This document shows positions 17,755-28,300 of a stretch of DNA of 64,000 nucleotides, piece by piece. The DNA comes from a virus. Location: positions 32,001 through 96,000 of the IMG/VR virus record IMGVR_UViG_3300037258_000301, one strand, 5' to 3'. Position numbers and translations under genes: made by a program. Position 1 is the stretch's first letter, and every line of letters begins with the position of its first letter. The notes under the pieces were generated by a model, which saw nothing but the letters and a program-made list of their open reading frames with translations, was not told where the DNA came from and searched no databases.

Positions 17755-20700
17755 TCGGCTGTTCGCGCACTACGCGGCCGAGCAACCACAGGAGAGTGAG
17801 CCCGTCGCGGACGTCTCCGACCTGCCGCACACGTGCTCCTACTGTGGCTCCCAGGAGTTCGAGCAGCCCGAAGACACCGGGCGCGGTCTGCGGGCCATCT
17901 GCTCGGCCTGTGGGGGCGCCATGCTGCGCACCGAGGATGGTCAGTGGAGTCCGGCCGGTCTGAACGCCACCCACAACCACCCGCGCCCGGATGGTGACCC
18001 CGCTTCCGGTGGTGTCGGGGGCGCCGCGAACGTCGGTGTGGACCCGGACCGGATGAACGACGCTTCGGCCCGGCATGGATCACTCGACGTGATAGCGGCG
18101 CGCGCGTACCAGGACGATCCCTACGTCATGGCGAAGCCGGGCGACAAGGTACCGTGCCCGACCTGTGACGGCCACGGATCCTACGAGGAAGACGAACCCA
18201 AATCGGACGGGCAGGTCGCGCGCGAAGGTATCCCCGACGACGCCCCCGAGGGGGACTTCTACAACACCGTCACCAAGCCGTGCGAAGACTGCGATGAGCG
18301 TGGCTACCACGTACGCCAGACCGACCGGGAAGAGTTGGATACGGCCCGCGCCGAGGGCAACACTCAGTACGTCAAGGACTTCACCGAGAAGCACGAGGAC
18401 GAACCACACCCGGACCGCGTCAAGATGCCCTCCTGCCCGCCGGAGTGCCGCTTCCCGACAGCCCGCCGGGTTCACACACCCAAGCTGAGCGCGCTGAACG
18501 ACGAAGTTCCGTGGTGCGCACACCTCTACCACGGCAACTGCACCTACCCGGGCGACAAGCTGCCCAACGGCACCGTCCTCGGCATCCCGCAGGACCGGGG
18601 CCCGTGCCCGTGGAAGCACAACGCCTTCCAGCAGGCCGCGTGCCCGATCTCCGCGCCGGGCCCGATGGCCGTCATGCAGGTTAGTGCGGCACTGCACGAG
18701 GCGATGCCGTCACGTAAGCATCCGGCACCTGAGGACTTGTCCTACGACACCTATCACCCGAAGCCGGGCGAGCAGTACTTCGACGAGGCCGAAGAGAGCA
18801 ATCCCGGCTGGTCCCACCATCTGCTTCGGGCTCACCGCTCCAGCGTGGATGTTGGCGGGTCGCAACCGCACATGGTTGGCAGCGTCTACTACAGCCACCA
18901 GCCCGACGGTCCCGTGCCGATGGTCAAGGTGCACAAAATGCTCGTCGGCCACCAGTATCGCAGTCAGGGCGTGGCCAGCGCGATGCAGGACGAGTTGCAT
19001 CGCCAGTATCCGGGTCACTTCATCGACCACGGGGATCGGACGGCGGACGGCCACGGCTGGGCCTCCCAGTACGAGGCGCCCTCAGATCACATCATGTCGC
19101 AGGTAACCGGGATGATGAAGATTGTGGCGTTCTCCTGGGACGAGATCGGTGATCGTCACCCGCACATCTACGGTGACTCCGAGATTCACGGAGAAGCCGC
19201 CGATGGGGCCGACGGTCCCGGTATCGGTGACGCGGCGAACTACCTCGCGCACGAACGTCCCGACGATCCTGACGCCGAGCACCACTCGGTGTACGACATG
19301 GACTTTCATGAGGAGCACGTCGACCCGCGACACATCGACTACTCCCCTTCCGGCCGTGACGACTACCGGGTCAGTCATGCGATGGAGGGATACCGTGAAC
19401 ATCCCGACACAATGCCGCCGCTGGTGCTGGTCAAACGCCACCACGTCTACCAGGTCGCCGACGGCCACCACCGGGCCGAAGCCGCCGACGCGGTAGGGGC
19501 TCACGTGCGTGCCTATGTGGCTCACTCGCCCTATCCCGACGAGCCTTTCCGGGACGGCGAGAAGGGGCCTTTCCATCGCGCGGAACCGATCGATGAGGCT
19601 CTGCACCACGAGGCCGCCTGGGCCGACGTACGGAACAAGGCCAAGAGGATCAGGCGTGAAGGCGGCGTTACCATCGTCGTCGCCTCGACCGACGGGGTGG
19701 CCGGCGAGGTCCGGGGCGACACGCACGTCTACGAGACCGCGATCACCTGGGTGCCCGGCACCACCCGCACCGCCTACTGGACCTGTGGGTGCATGTACGG
19801 CGCTTACGCGCACGGTCCCCGCTGGGATGATCGGCCGTGTAGCCACGTGCTGGCCATGCGCTTCGAGGCCCAGTCCCGTTCGGCCCACGGTCGAGAGATC
19901 GAAGTCGACCAGAAACGCCCGGAGTGGCTCAAGCCGCAGACTTCAGTCATGGTGCAGTACGAACGGCCGAGCGAGGATCATCCGCAGGGTCGTGACCTGA
20001 CTCGTCGGGCCGTGCCGCCGGGCAATATGCGATCCACCTGGGATTCCCGATCCCGCACGAGGAGGTCTTCCTTGGAACGCACAGCGGCCATCGCGCAGGC
20101 CCAGGCCATGTTCGCCGAGGACCAGGACCCGGCCGAGGTCATCGAGCAGCTCGTGGCTACGGGTGCGACGCGCCTGGAGGCCCAGGTCGTCGTATTGGCC
20201 GCACGTGGTCGCATGGCCATCGTGCACACCGGCAAGCGATGCCCCGAATGCGGCGCTGAGCTGGACTCCACGGCTGGCCAGTGTGATGAGTGCGGTGCGG
20301 TGCTCGCGGACCGCAGCATCACGCACAGGGCCTCTTGGGGTGATGACGAGCAGCGGTGCCCGCACTGTGGTGGCTACATCGGTCCGTCGGCGTTCAAGGT
20401 CGGGAAATGCCCGCACTGCGGTCACGCGCTGGCCCACAAGACTGGTGCCGCTGACCATGGAGTGTGGTACCACGGTGCCCCTCCTGAGCGCGCAGAACAA
20501 GTACGACGAGAGGGTCTACCGAAATCCTACGGTGGCGAGTACGACCTGCGCCTGACCAGCTCTCCGCAACAGGCCAAGATCTATGGCGACATGCCTGGAC
20601 ATGGGGCGAACGCCACCGTCTTCGAGTTCCACATTCCGCACAACCATCCGGCCCTGCATCCGGTCTACGAGCACAACCTGTTCGATGAGCGCGCCCATGG

Positions 20701-22687
20701 CGTTGCCCTGAAGCAACCGCTGGGCCCTGAATACATCGCCGCCGAGCACAAGGGCACCGATCACATCGCAGCAGCCATTCCGCCCGGCTACGAGGGCGCG
20801 CAGGGGCCGTTCGAGGACGAGTACAGCGAACCACACGTCTACGCGCGTGACATCCACAGCGGCGCCGGCAACTGTGTGTGCGGGGGTGGGCTCGGTGACT
20901 CCATCCACCTCCAGGCCGCGCCCGGCGTCGATGTGCCCGAGCACCAGAGGACCGCTTCCAGCGATCTCGACTACCGCCCACACCGCACTCAGGATGCCCG
21001 CTCAGACGCGCCCATCTTCGGCAAGGGGGTCGACGACTGGGGCCTGACCCTGGTTGACTGCCCGCAATGCGGTGGACAGTCCGGTTGCGGCCACTGCGGG
21101 GGGACCGGGCAAGTGATCTCCACCGGCGACACCACGGCCAACCCGACCCCCGACCAGAACCCGGTGGCCGGCGACACCATCCGCGAGGATGGCATCTCCG
21201 ACACCAGCGCACTGCATCATGAGGCGATGAATGACTACGCCGATCCGATCAGGGGCAAAGTAGGTCCGAAAGTAAATCGGGTCAAGGGTTCGCAGGTACA
21301 ACCGGGGCACGTCATTCCCATGCGGCCCGATCCGTACAACGTAGGCGATTCGTATGCATGGCAGGAAGTTGCTCATAAGGAGCGTTGGCCAGAGGGCAAT
21401 AACTACAAGATCACGAACTCCTCTGGCTCGCACTACACCGTGGTGAGTCCTCACGAGTACGTGCAAGTTCATTCCGATACAGGGCCTGAGCACACGGCGG
21501 CCAAGACGCAATCGGGCCCTTCGGTTGCTGGAGTTGCTCTCAAGGCCGCTGACACGGGCCGCATCCTGATGCTCCAACGCGGCCTGGAGGACGAGAAGGA
21601 CCCGGCACGCGGTCTATGGGAGCATCCCGGTGGCCACATCGAGCCCGGCGACAAGACCACCCTCCATGCTGGACTCAGGGAGTGGGAAGAAGAGGTTGGT
21701 CAGCCCTTCCCCGAGGGTGGCGTTGTTACTCACGCCTGGACGAGTCCGAACGGTGTCTATCAGGGCCATGTGGTGGTGATTCCCCGCGAGCGCGACCTGG
21801 TCATGCATGACGGTCGGGTAGTGCCGAACCCGGATGACCCCAAGGGGGACAAGGCGGAACAAGCGGCCTGGTGGCATCCTGATCATGCCCGGAAGAACCC
21901 AGCCCTGCGGCCCGAGGTCAAGGCCACTCCCTGGAACAAGATCAAGGAGGCTGGAGTCGACGCCGGCCTGAAGGTCGCCGCATTGCTCTCACGTGAAGGC
22001 GCCGCGTGGGACAGCCTGTACTCATTGGAGGAGAGCCAGCCGGTCACACCGCCGCCGCACTCGAACAGCGAGAACCCGGCCAGTACCGGCTTCCTCACCA
22101 ACCAGGATCCCGCTTCCTGGTCCGAGGTCACCAAGAAGCCGCATCACTTGCTGCCGGCCGACTCGCTGGACTCACCGCTGGCCACACTGCACTCCGTACC
22201 CGAGGGCGCACTCCCGTTCACTGACGGAGACGCCGAGGACTCCACGTCGGGCACCGAGGACCCCTACAACAGCCAGACCGATACCGAATCGCTCGACGGG
22301 GACACCGACACCATCCCGGATGCGGAGATGGAAGGCTCTCCCATGGAGAATCTGGGCGGGACAGCCAAGCGTTCGGTCGCGGAGATCGTCGAGCAGTTCC
22401 AGCGCACGGCGGGGGCGGTAGCACTTCAGTCCGGTAGCGAAGGAGGTAGTGACGTGGGATTCTCCGACGGTGAGATCGCGGCCAAGGCCAAAGAGCGGCT
22501 GGCCGGCATGAGCAAGACCGCACTCAAGAACTTCAGCTTCGCCGAGCAGCAGGAACTGATCGGAGAGGGGCAGGGTTCCCGGGCCAGGAATTTTGGGGAC
22601 CTATCCCTCTCCGGAACGCACTATGAGGCGCTCCAACAGGCATTGGACACTGCCGGAGTGAACGATGACGACATTCTGATCCTGTGA
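17738..22687 (+). CDS. 1649-aa polyvalent protein: zinc fingers, GNAT, ParB/Srx, SWIM, ART-like and Nudix domains
   Basis: QYRSQGVA (GNAT motif A), PPLVL...VADGHHR (ParB/Srx), CGC...PCSHV (SWIM), WYHG...GL...LTSS...A..YG (ART/Tpt1-like), GGHIEPGD...LREWEEEVG (Nudix box). Confidence 0.8.
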   Translation: MWHPSDRLFAHYAAEQPQESEPVADVSDLPHTCSYCGSQEFEQPEDTGRGLRAICSACGGAMLRTEDGQWSPAGLNATHNHPRPDGDPASGGVGGAANVGVDPDRMNDASARHGSLDVIAARAYQDDPYVMAKPGDKVPCPTCDGHGSYEEDEPKSDGQVAREGIPDDAPEGDFYNTVTKPCEDCDERGYHVRQTDREELDTARAEGNTQYVKDFTEKHEDEPHPDRVKMPSCPPECRFPTARRVHTPKLSALNDEVPWCAHLYHGNCTYPGDKLPNGTVLGIPQDRGPCPWKHNAFQQAACPISAPGPMAVMQVSAALHEAMPSRKHPAPEDLSYDTYHPKPGEQYFDEAEESNPGWSHHLLRAHRSSVDVGGSQPHMVGSVYYSHQPDGPVPMVKVHKMLVGHQYRSQGVASAMQDELHRQYPGHFIDHGDRTADGHGWASQYEAPSDHIMSQVTGMMKIVAFSWDEIGDRHPHIYGDSEIHGEAADGADGPGIGDAANYLAHERPDDPDAEHHSVYDMDFHEEHVDPRHIDYSPSGRDDYRVSHAMEGYREHPDTMPPLVLVKRHHVYQVADGHHRAEAADAVGAHVRAYVAHSPYPDEPFRDGEKGPFHRAEPIDEALHHEAAWADVRNKAKRIRREGGVTIVVASTDGVAGEVRGDTHVYETAITWVPGTTRTAYWTCGCMYGAYAHGPRWDDRPCSHVLAMRFEAQSRSAHGREIEVDQKRPEWLKPQTSVMVQYERPSEDHPQGRDLTRRAVPPGNMRSTWDSRSRTRRSSLERTAAIAQAQAMFAEDQDPAEVIEQLVATGATRLEAQVVVLAARGRMAIVHTGKRCPECGAELDSTAGQCDECGAVLADRSITHRASWGDDEQRCPHCGGYIGPSAFKVGKCPHCGHALAHKTGAADHGVWYHGAPPERAEQVRREGLPKSYGGEYDLRLTSSPQQAKIYGDMPGHGANATVFEFHIPHNHPALHPVYEHNLFDERAHGVALKQPLGPEYIAAEHKGTDHIAAAIPPGYEGAQGPFEDEYSEPHVYARDIHSGAGNCVCGGGLGDSIHLQAAPGVDVPEHQRTASSDLDYRPHRTQDARSDAPIFGKGVDDWGLTLVDCPQCGGQSGCGHCGGTGQVISTGDTTANPTPDQNPVAGDTIREDGISDTSALHHEAMNDYADPIRGKVGPKVNRVKGSQVQPGHVIPMRPDPYNVGDSYAWQEVAHKERWPEGNNYKITNSSGSHYTVVSPHEYVQVHSDTGPEHTAAKTQSGPSVAGVALKAADTGRILMLQRGLEDEKDPARGLWEHPGGHIEPGDKTTLHAGLREWEEEVGQPFPEGGVVTHAWTSPNGVYQGHVVVIPRERDLVMHDGRVVPNPDDPKGDKAEQAAWWHPDHARKNPALRPEVKATPWNKIKEAGVDAGLKVAALLSREGAAWDSLYSLEESQPVTPPPHSNSENPASTGFLTNQDPASWSEVTKKPHHLLPADSLDSPLATLHSVPEGALPFTDGDAEDSTSGTEDPYNSQTDTESLDGDTDTIPDAEMEGSPMENLGGTAKRSVAEIVEQFQRTAGAVALQSGSEGGSDVGFSDGEIAAKAKERLAGMSKTALKNFSFAEQQELIGEGQGSRARNFGDLSLSGTHYEALQQALDTAGVNDDDILIL

Positions 22688-22694
22688 GGGGTAC

Positions 22695-22847
22695 GTGACC
22701 GGGAAACACCGCAAGGACAAGTCCAGGAGTTCTCGGATCTCGTCCCGTGAAGAGCAGGACCAAGTTGCCAAGATGACAGAGGAGGAACTCAAGGCTGAAG
22801 AGGACAAGCTTCTCTTCCCACCGAAGGATGGCACGCTCGACCAATAG
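22695..22847 (+). CDS. Small charged hypothetical protein
   Basis: GAGGGG RBS, GTG start, 50 aa. Confidence 0.4.
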   Translation: MTGKHRKDKSRSSRISSREEQDQVAKMTEEELKAEEDKLLFPPKDGTLDQ

Positions 22848-22867
22848 TTCGTCGAATAGGACATTTC

Positions 22868-23869
22868 ATGCCCACTCCCAATGCCCCCACCGGAGTCGTT
22901 GCGACGGCGGGGGCTGGTCAGGCCACCCTGACCTTCACCGCGTCGAGCAATGCCGTCGCCGCCGGGGTGACGGGCTATACGGCCACGTCCATCGACAGCA
23001 CTACGCCGGCCAACGGCGGTCAGACCGCTACCAGCGCCGGCAGCCCGATGACCGTCATGAGTTTGACCAATGGTGACAGTTACACGTTCACGATCGTCGC
23101 CAACGCTTCGGGCGGTCCTTCCTCTGCCTCGACGGCCTCTAATGCGATCACGCCAGTAGCAGTGCCTGGAGTGCCGTTGAATGTCGCGGCGATCGCTGGC
23201 AACACTTCGGCCACGGTCAGCTTTACCGCGCCGACCAGCAACGGCGGCAACGCGATCACGAGTTACACCGTGACGGCGGCTGACACTACGGTGCCGACCA
23301 ACGGTGGGCAGACGGTCAGTGGCTCTTCCAGTCCACTGTCCCTGAGTGGGCTGACCAACGGGGACGGCTACACGTTCACGGTGACCGCCACGAACAACGT
23401 TGGCCGCTCTGCCTCTTCGGCCGCATCCAACCTCATCATTCCCGCGTCACCGGCCACCACGGGTACGCCTCCCGCGCCCTACCCCAACGCACTGAGTTTT
23501 GCCGTCACCAAGGCGATCAATCTTGATCAGCTCGATGATGAGTTGGCTGCCGCGCTGGGTCAGAGTGTGATGATCGCTATCACCGGAGTGAACTACGTAC
23601 CGCCACCGAGCAGCATCTCTCCCACGAACCCGGCGACGGTATGGGTAGTCCCGAACACCGTCAACTCCACCGTTGCCCAGACCGTCATCACCAACCATGT
23701 CGCCAACGCGGACTACAACCTGCCGGCTCAGACCCAGGCATTCCTCGCCGTAATCGCGGCTGTTCAGGCCAACAATTCGATCACCTTGACCTCTCCCCAA
23801 CTCAACACCGCCGTTGTGGGACTACTGCTCCAGGTGGAGACGTTGCTCGCGGATGGTGGCGTTCCGTAA
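22868..23869 (+). CDS. Fibronectin type III domain virion protein
   Basis: Two FN3 repeats (P.AP..V.A.AG...A...F..P..NGG..IT.Y...LTNG..YTFTV.A.N). Confidence 0.85.
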   Translation: MPTPNAPTGVVATAGAGQATLTFTASSNAVAAGVTGYTATSIDSTTPANGGQTATSAGSPMTVMSLTNGDSYTFTIVANASGGPSSASTASNAITPVAVPGVPLNVAAIAGNTSATVSFTAPTSNGGNAITSYTVTAADTTVPTNGGQTVSGSSSPLSLSGLTNGDGYTFTVTATNNVGRSASSAASNLIIPASPATTGTPPAPYPNALSFAVTKAINLDQLDDELAAALGQSVMIAITGVNYVPPPSSISPTNPATVWVVPNTVNSTVAQTVITNHVANADYNLPAQTQAFLAVIAAVQANNSITLTSPQLNTAVVGLLLQVETLLADGGVP

Positions 23870-23981
23870 GCCCCTGACAGATCATTCGTCTCGCTGTGCA
23901 GGGACCTCTTCTCACGCAAGAAATTGTTGAGAGTAGACCGGCGAACGATGATGGGCTGGGAATCCAGGAGGTCCCTCCACG

Positions 23982-24431
23982 ATGAAGACGCTTGGAGCGT
24001 GGCTGAAGACCACGATCAAGACGTGGATCAAGTTCGATGATTCTCAGTCGCGCCTGATCGTGATGACCATCGTGTTCTTCTGCCTGGGTATCACCCTGTG
24101 GCTGCAACCCAGCAGGTTCCACAACACGCCCTCCTACGCCAATCTTTTGGCGTTGATCCCTACGGAGGGGTGGGGATCCATCTATCTGACTACGGCAGCA
24201 CTCTGTACTAGTTGCATCGTGAGCTATCCCCTCCGGTGGCTGACTACCGTTACGCATACGGTAGGAATCACATTGCTCGGGGTGTGGTGGTTGGCTTTTT
24301 GGATTCGGTGGCTAACGGATGGGGGGACGACAATCGTCAACGTACTGTCGTGGGGGGTGTTTCTTTACCTCATGGTCCGATCGGCCATGAAGCTGGATGA
24401 CCAGGTGAGTACTCCAGGAGGGACCCCTTGA
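23982..24431 (+). CDS. Multi-pass membrane protein (holin candidate)
   Basis: About 4 hydrophobic segments. Confidence 0.55.
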   Translation: MKTLGAWLKTTIKTWIKFDDSQSRLIVMTIVFFCLGITLWLQPSRFHNTPSYANLLALIPTEGWGSIYLTTAALCTSCIVSYPLRWLTTVTHTVGITLLGVWWLAFWIRWLTDGGTTIVNVLSWGVFLYLMVRSAMKLDDQVSTPGGTP

Positions 24432-24811
24432 TAGATGCCTCCACTCTCACCAACATCGTCGCCGTAGCGGCAGCAGTTGCCGGGACGATCGGCATCCCGC
24501 TTTGGAATAGGCATCGGGCGAAGACGAAAGAGCAGGACATGACTGACGTGGTGTCCTGGAAGGAGATCGTCAAGGCATTGCAGACAGAAGTCGCTCGACT
24601 GAGAACTCAGCTGCGTGACTCGGAGCATGATTATCAGAAGCAACTGGACGATATGGGTAGCAAGCACCGAGAGCAGATCAAGACGTTGGACTCCGATTGG
24701 GAAACCCGGATGGCCACGGCTCAGACTCGGATGGCCTCGATGGAAAGTCAGATCACGGTCCTGAACCAGCAGTTGACTAGTGCTCTACGTGGCGGAGGAA
24801 GCTTGTCGTGA
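24428..24811 (+). CDS. Membrane-anchored coiled-coil protein (lysis cassette type)
   Basis: N-terminal TM followed by a heptad-rich region. Confidence 0.55.
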   Translation: MIDASTLTNIVAVAAAVAGTIGIPLWNRHRAKTKEQDMTDVVSWKEIVKALQTEVARLRTQLRDSEHDYQKQLDDMGSKHREQIKTLDSDWETRMATAQTRMASMESQITVLNQQLTSALRGGGSLS

Positions 24812-25149
24812 GCGGTCCCGGGTGGGCATTGTCTGCCGTGTACCTCTTCGTCAGCCTGGAGAGCGTCCTCATCCAGGTGCTATCGCTGCTACGCCTACGG
24901 GGAGGCAAGCGGGATCTCACCCATCGCCACCTGGTACGTACCGTCCTGACCCGAGTGATCGTGATGTCGGTGTACGTGGGAGTGGGTGTCACGAACTTGA
25001 TCACTCATACGCTGTTGTCGATTCCGGCACTGGCGATTTTCACGGGGGCGGCTCTGGTGTGGCAGGTCAACAGCTTGCTCGACGTGCGACTTCGGAACAA
25101 GCTCAACGGTCACTCCGACGTCTCATCCACCACCGCGAATTCTCGATGA
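24808..25149 (+). CDS. Three-TM membrane protein (holin candidate)
   Basis: Three hydrophobic segments; coupled to previous gene. Confidence 0.55.
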   Translation: MSGPGWALSAVYLFVSLESVLIQVLSLLRLRGGKRDLTHRHLVRTVLTRVIVMSVYVGVGVTNLITHTLLSIPALAIFTGAALVWQVNSLLDVRLRNKLNGHSDVSSTTANSR

Positions 25150-25355
25150 GCAACCGCTGGGTGATCAAGGTCCTCGATGAGAACCGGGTCGACTTGTTGC
25201 GCTCGGGCCGGCAGGTACGCGCCGAGGTGAGTCCGACCGAGGCCAAGCGCTACCTCAAGGCCCACGCGGCGCCCGGCGATGTGGCGTTCACCGAAGACCA
25301 GACCGGGTATCGCACCCGGCTGTCCCCTCGTCAGCCGCGCCGCCGTAAGCGGTAG
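25146..25355 (+). CDS. Small basic hypothetical protein
   Basis: ATGA overlap with previous gene. Confidence 0.5.
   Translation: MSNRWVIKVLDENRVDLLRSGRQVRAEVSPTEAKRYLKAHAAPGDVAFTEDQTGYRTRLSPRQPRRRKR
25320..25355 (+). promoter_or_regulatory. Putative late promoter motif (CTGT-N22-TAA-N3-GTAG)
   Basis: Matches the recurring motif, upstream of the protease. Confidence 0.6.
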
Positions 25356-25372
25356 AGGAACGAGGAGGCCCC

Positions 25373-28300
25373 GTGCTCAAGTACGCGACGCTGGAGATCC
25401 TGGACGCCCGTATGGGGCATCCCAATGTACGACTACGCACCGCGCACCGGGCCGTGTTCAACTACATCCCCCGCGAGGGCTACCTCTACGTTCGCTCCCG
25501 AGCCATCAGCAGCAGGACCAACGACAACTACGACCACTTCTCGGCTGAGGAGATCAAGGGGAACGGCAGCACTACGGGCTACAAGACCTTCATCGGCAAG
25601 CCCGTCTTCGTCAATCATCACAATGAGGATCATCGCCGGATGCGTGGCGTCATTATTGACGCGGTGTTGCATAAGGACCGCAATCCCGATGGCTCACCGG
25701 ATACCTGGTCCGAAGTGTTGATGGAAGTCGACGCGGTGCGCTTCCCGAAGTTGGCCCAAGCAATTTTGGCTGGCCACATCGATCGCACCTCGATGGGTGT
25801 CGATGTCGAGCGGAGCACCTGTTCAGTGTGTGCCAATGTCGCCCAAACCCCCAGCGACTACTGCCGACACATCCCCGCGATGAAGGGGAAGCGTTACCAG
25901 TCCGTCGATTACAAGACGGGCGCGAAGAAGACCAATCTCGTCTATGAGAAGTGCGCCGGCCTGAAGTTCTTCGAGAACAGCCTTTTGGTCGAGGAACCAG
26001 CCGACCCATCTGCATATTTGCTTGATCATCCAGTATTGGGGCCCGGATTAGAGCACATGCTTCCACGTACGGCCAGCTCTAATGGACGAGATGGTCATGT
26101 CGGACACTCCGAAGCGGTCTCCAATTTCTTTCATGGTCAACTGACCACGCCTGGTTCGACCACGCCCAATCGCCACCCGAGGCAACAACTCCCGCTTGAT
26201 GAGTCGAACATCCTCTTCAGTCAGAGTCGCCCAGGGGTTGCGGGAGCCGGGCAGGCTTCTTCCGCGAATCACCATGTCTCGCGAGTTGTCGGCGTTGGAC
26301 CCCAGCAGCCAGTGGTGGCGGTTATGGCAGAGGGGGACATCGCAGGTATGCCGTACCACGTCGCCAGGCGGAATGGGACCGACCAACGTTTCGTAGCCCC
26401 ACCGATGGGAGCGCACCGAGGATCGCTTGGCGTCGTCCAGGGACAGACGGCCGTACCCGTTGCCGAAAGTCCCGCCAGTCCACAGATGGCAAGCATCAGG
26501 ACCACCGCTGGTGTCGATGCTGGCCAGGTAGCGTTCCAGGACGGTTTTGGTTCGAACGAAAGTGCCATGTCGGGACCTGCTGACCATAGCCTTCATATTA
26601 GCAGAACTGCTATGCACCGCGCCGACGCACTGATCATGCGCAAGACCCGTGCGGCCGACCTCTCCGACGAGGATCTAGTGGACACCGACGAAGAGCTGAA
26701 GCAGAGGGCCCGCATGCTCGGCAAGCCAGGTCAGGTTTCGAAGATCCACAAGACCGTGCAGCAGGAACGCAAACGTCGGGTCGGAGCGGTGGACCCTCGC
26801 ATCTTCGATGTGCCGGCCGACGCCTCTCCCGGATTGCCTCGTTACACCTCGGCCGGGGCATGCCCGGCTTGTCGAGGTACCGACACTATCCGGGTCGAAT
26901 CCGTTCGTGAATGCGGCGAATGTGGACACCTCTGGATGGTCGCGATGGTCGATCCGGACCAGCTGCTCGTCCAGGCCGCTCCACGTCACCAGGACCCGGC
27001 TCAGCACCCCTGGTTCCAGGCCAATCCCGTGTCCCATCAGCATGTCGTCGACATGTGGAACAAGGCCACGCCGGATGAGAAGAACTCTGGTCGTCGCTGG
27101 TACCCGGATGCTCACTTGGTGGCTCAGTCTCTGGGTAAGTTGCACCCTGACCACCCGCTCAACGGTGGTACCAAGACCGAGAAGCATGCCTACGTCGACA
27201 ACCCCGACGAGACTGACCAGAAGCACACTCACATGGCTGCCGGTGTGTTGGCCACCTACTCACCGCAGAGTCCGTGGACAACCAACATGCACAACGCGGC
27301 CCGCGCCCTGCACGAAGGCAAGGGCATCGGCGGCAAGGGCGGCGGCGTGATGGCCTCCCAACAGCAGTCCGACTCCGCCAGTCGGATCATGTCCGGCGAG
27401 AAGTACACCGACGTACTCAAGGGCCCGAAAGTCAGCGACTTCGCTCATTTGATCGAGCACGGCGGCGATGAGCATGCTGACGACCCTCATGTGGTCGTCG
27501 ATCGACATGCCCTCTCGGTGGCCACCGGGAAGCGCATGACCGAAGAGGACTACAACAGCTTCCCCAAGTCCAACCGGCATTACTACGGCCACGTCGTGCA
27601 GGCATACAAGGACGCGGCTGACCAGATCGGCCGCAAGGGCGGCGAACCGATCGCTGGACACCAGGTGCAGGCTGCCACCTGGTTGGCTCAGCAGCGGCAC
27701 AACCAGGCGTCCGAACGGGCTATCCAAGGTCAGGACAGTAATGTCGACCGGCTGAACAAGGGGCGTGAGCGCTCTCGGCAGCGGGCCGAGGAAGGGTGGT
27801 CCCAGTTCAAGCAGGAGCATGGCCTGAGTATTGGCGGTGAACCCGGCACCGGTTACACGGCTCGCAAGTTGGCCTACGGCGAACAGAAGGCTCCTGCTGA
27901 TGTGGATACTCTGCGGGACGAATCCTGCCCGATCTGTGGTGAGTCCACGGCTGCCTATGACGGTCGCAACTGCGGTGTCTGTGGTTGGGAGGCCCCGCCG
28001 AAGATGTTCGCCGATCCTGATCTGGAGATGGCCAAGCAAGTCGACCTGCGCAAGGACGTGCTTGACCCATCCGGACAGGACGGCACTGATGTCGGCGACT
28101 TCGCCGACGAGTCCGCTGGTGGCCTGGAGGTCGGTGAGGATCAGCCCGACCTGGTCTGTGACAACTGCGGTACTACGTTCGATGCGGGCCAGCCGCAGAC
28201 CACCAACACCGAGGATCCCGAGGCGGGCGATCGCGGTGACGGTCCGGCCGAGGGGGACGTCTGCCCCGAGTGTGGCGTGGGTGAATTGGTACCTCCGGAC

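Noticed and set aside
26048-26617. Intein or group I intron explanation for the protease insertion
   Set aside because: No C/S...HN intein ends or Hint blocks in the + frame, and the HNH ORF fills almost the whole insert, leaving no room for a ribozyme core.
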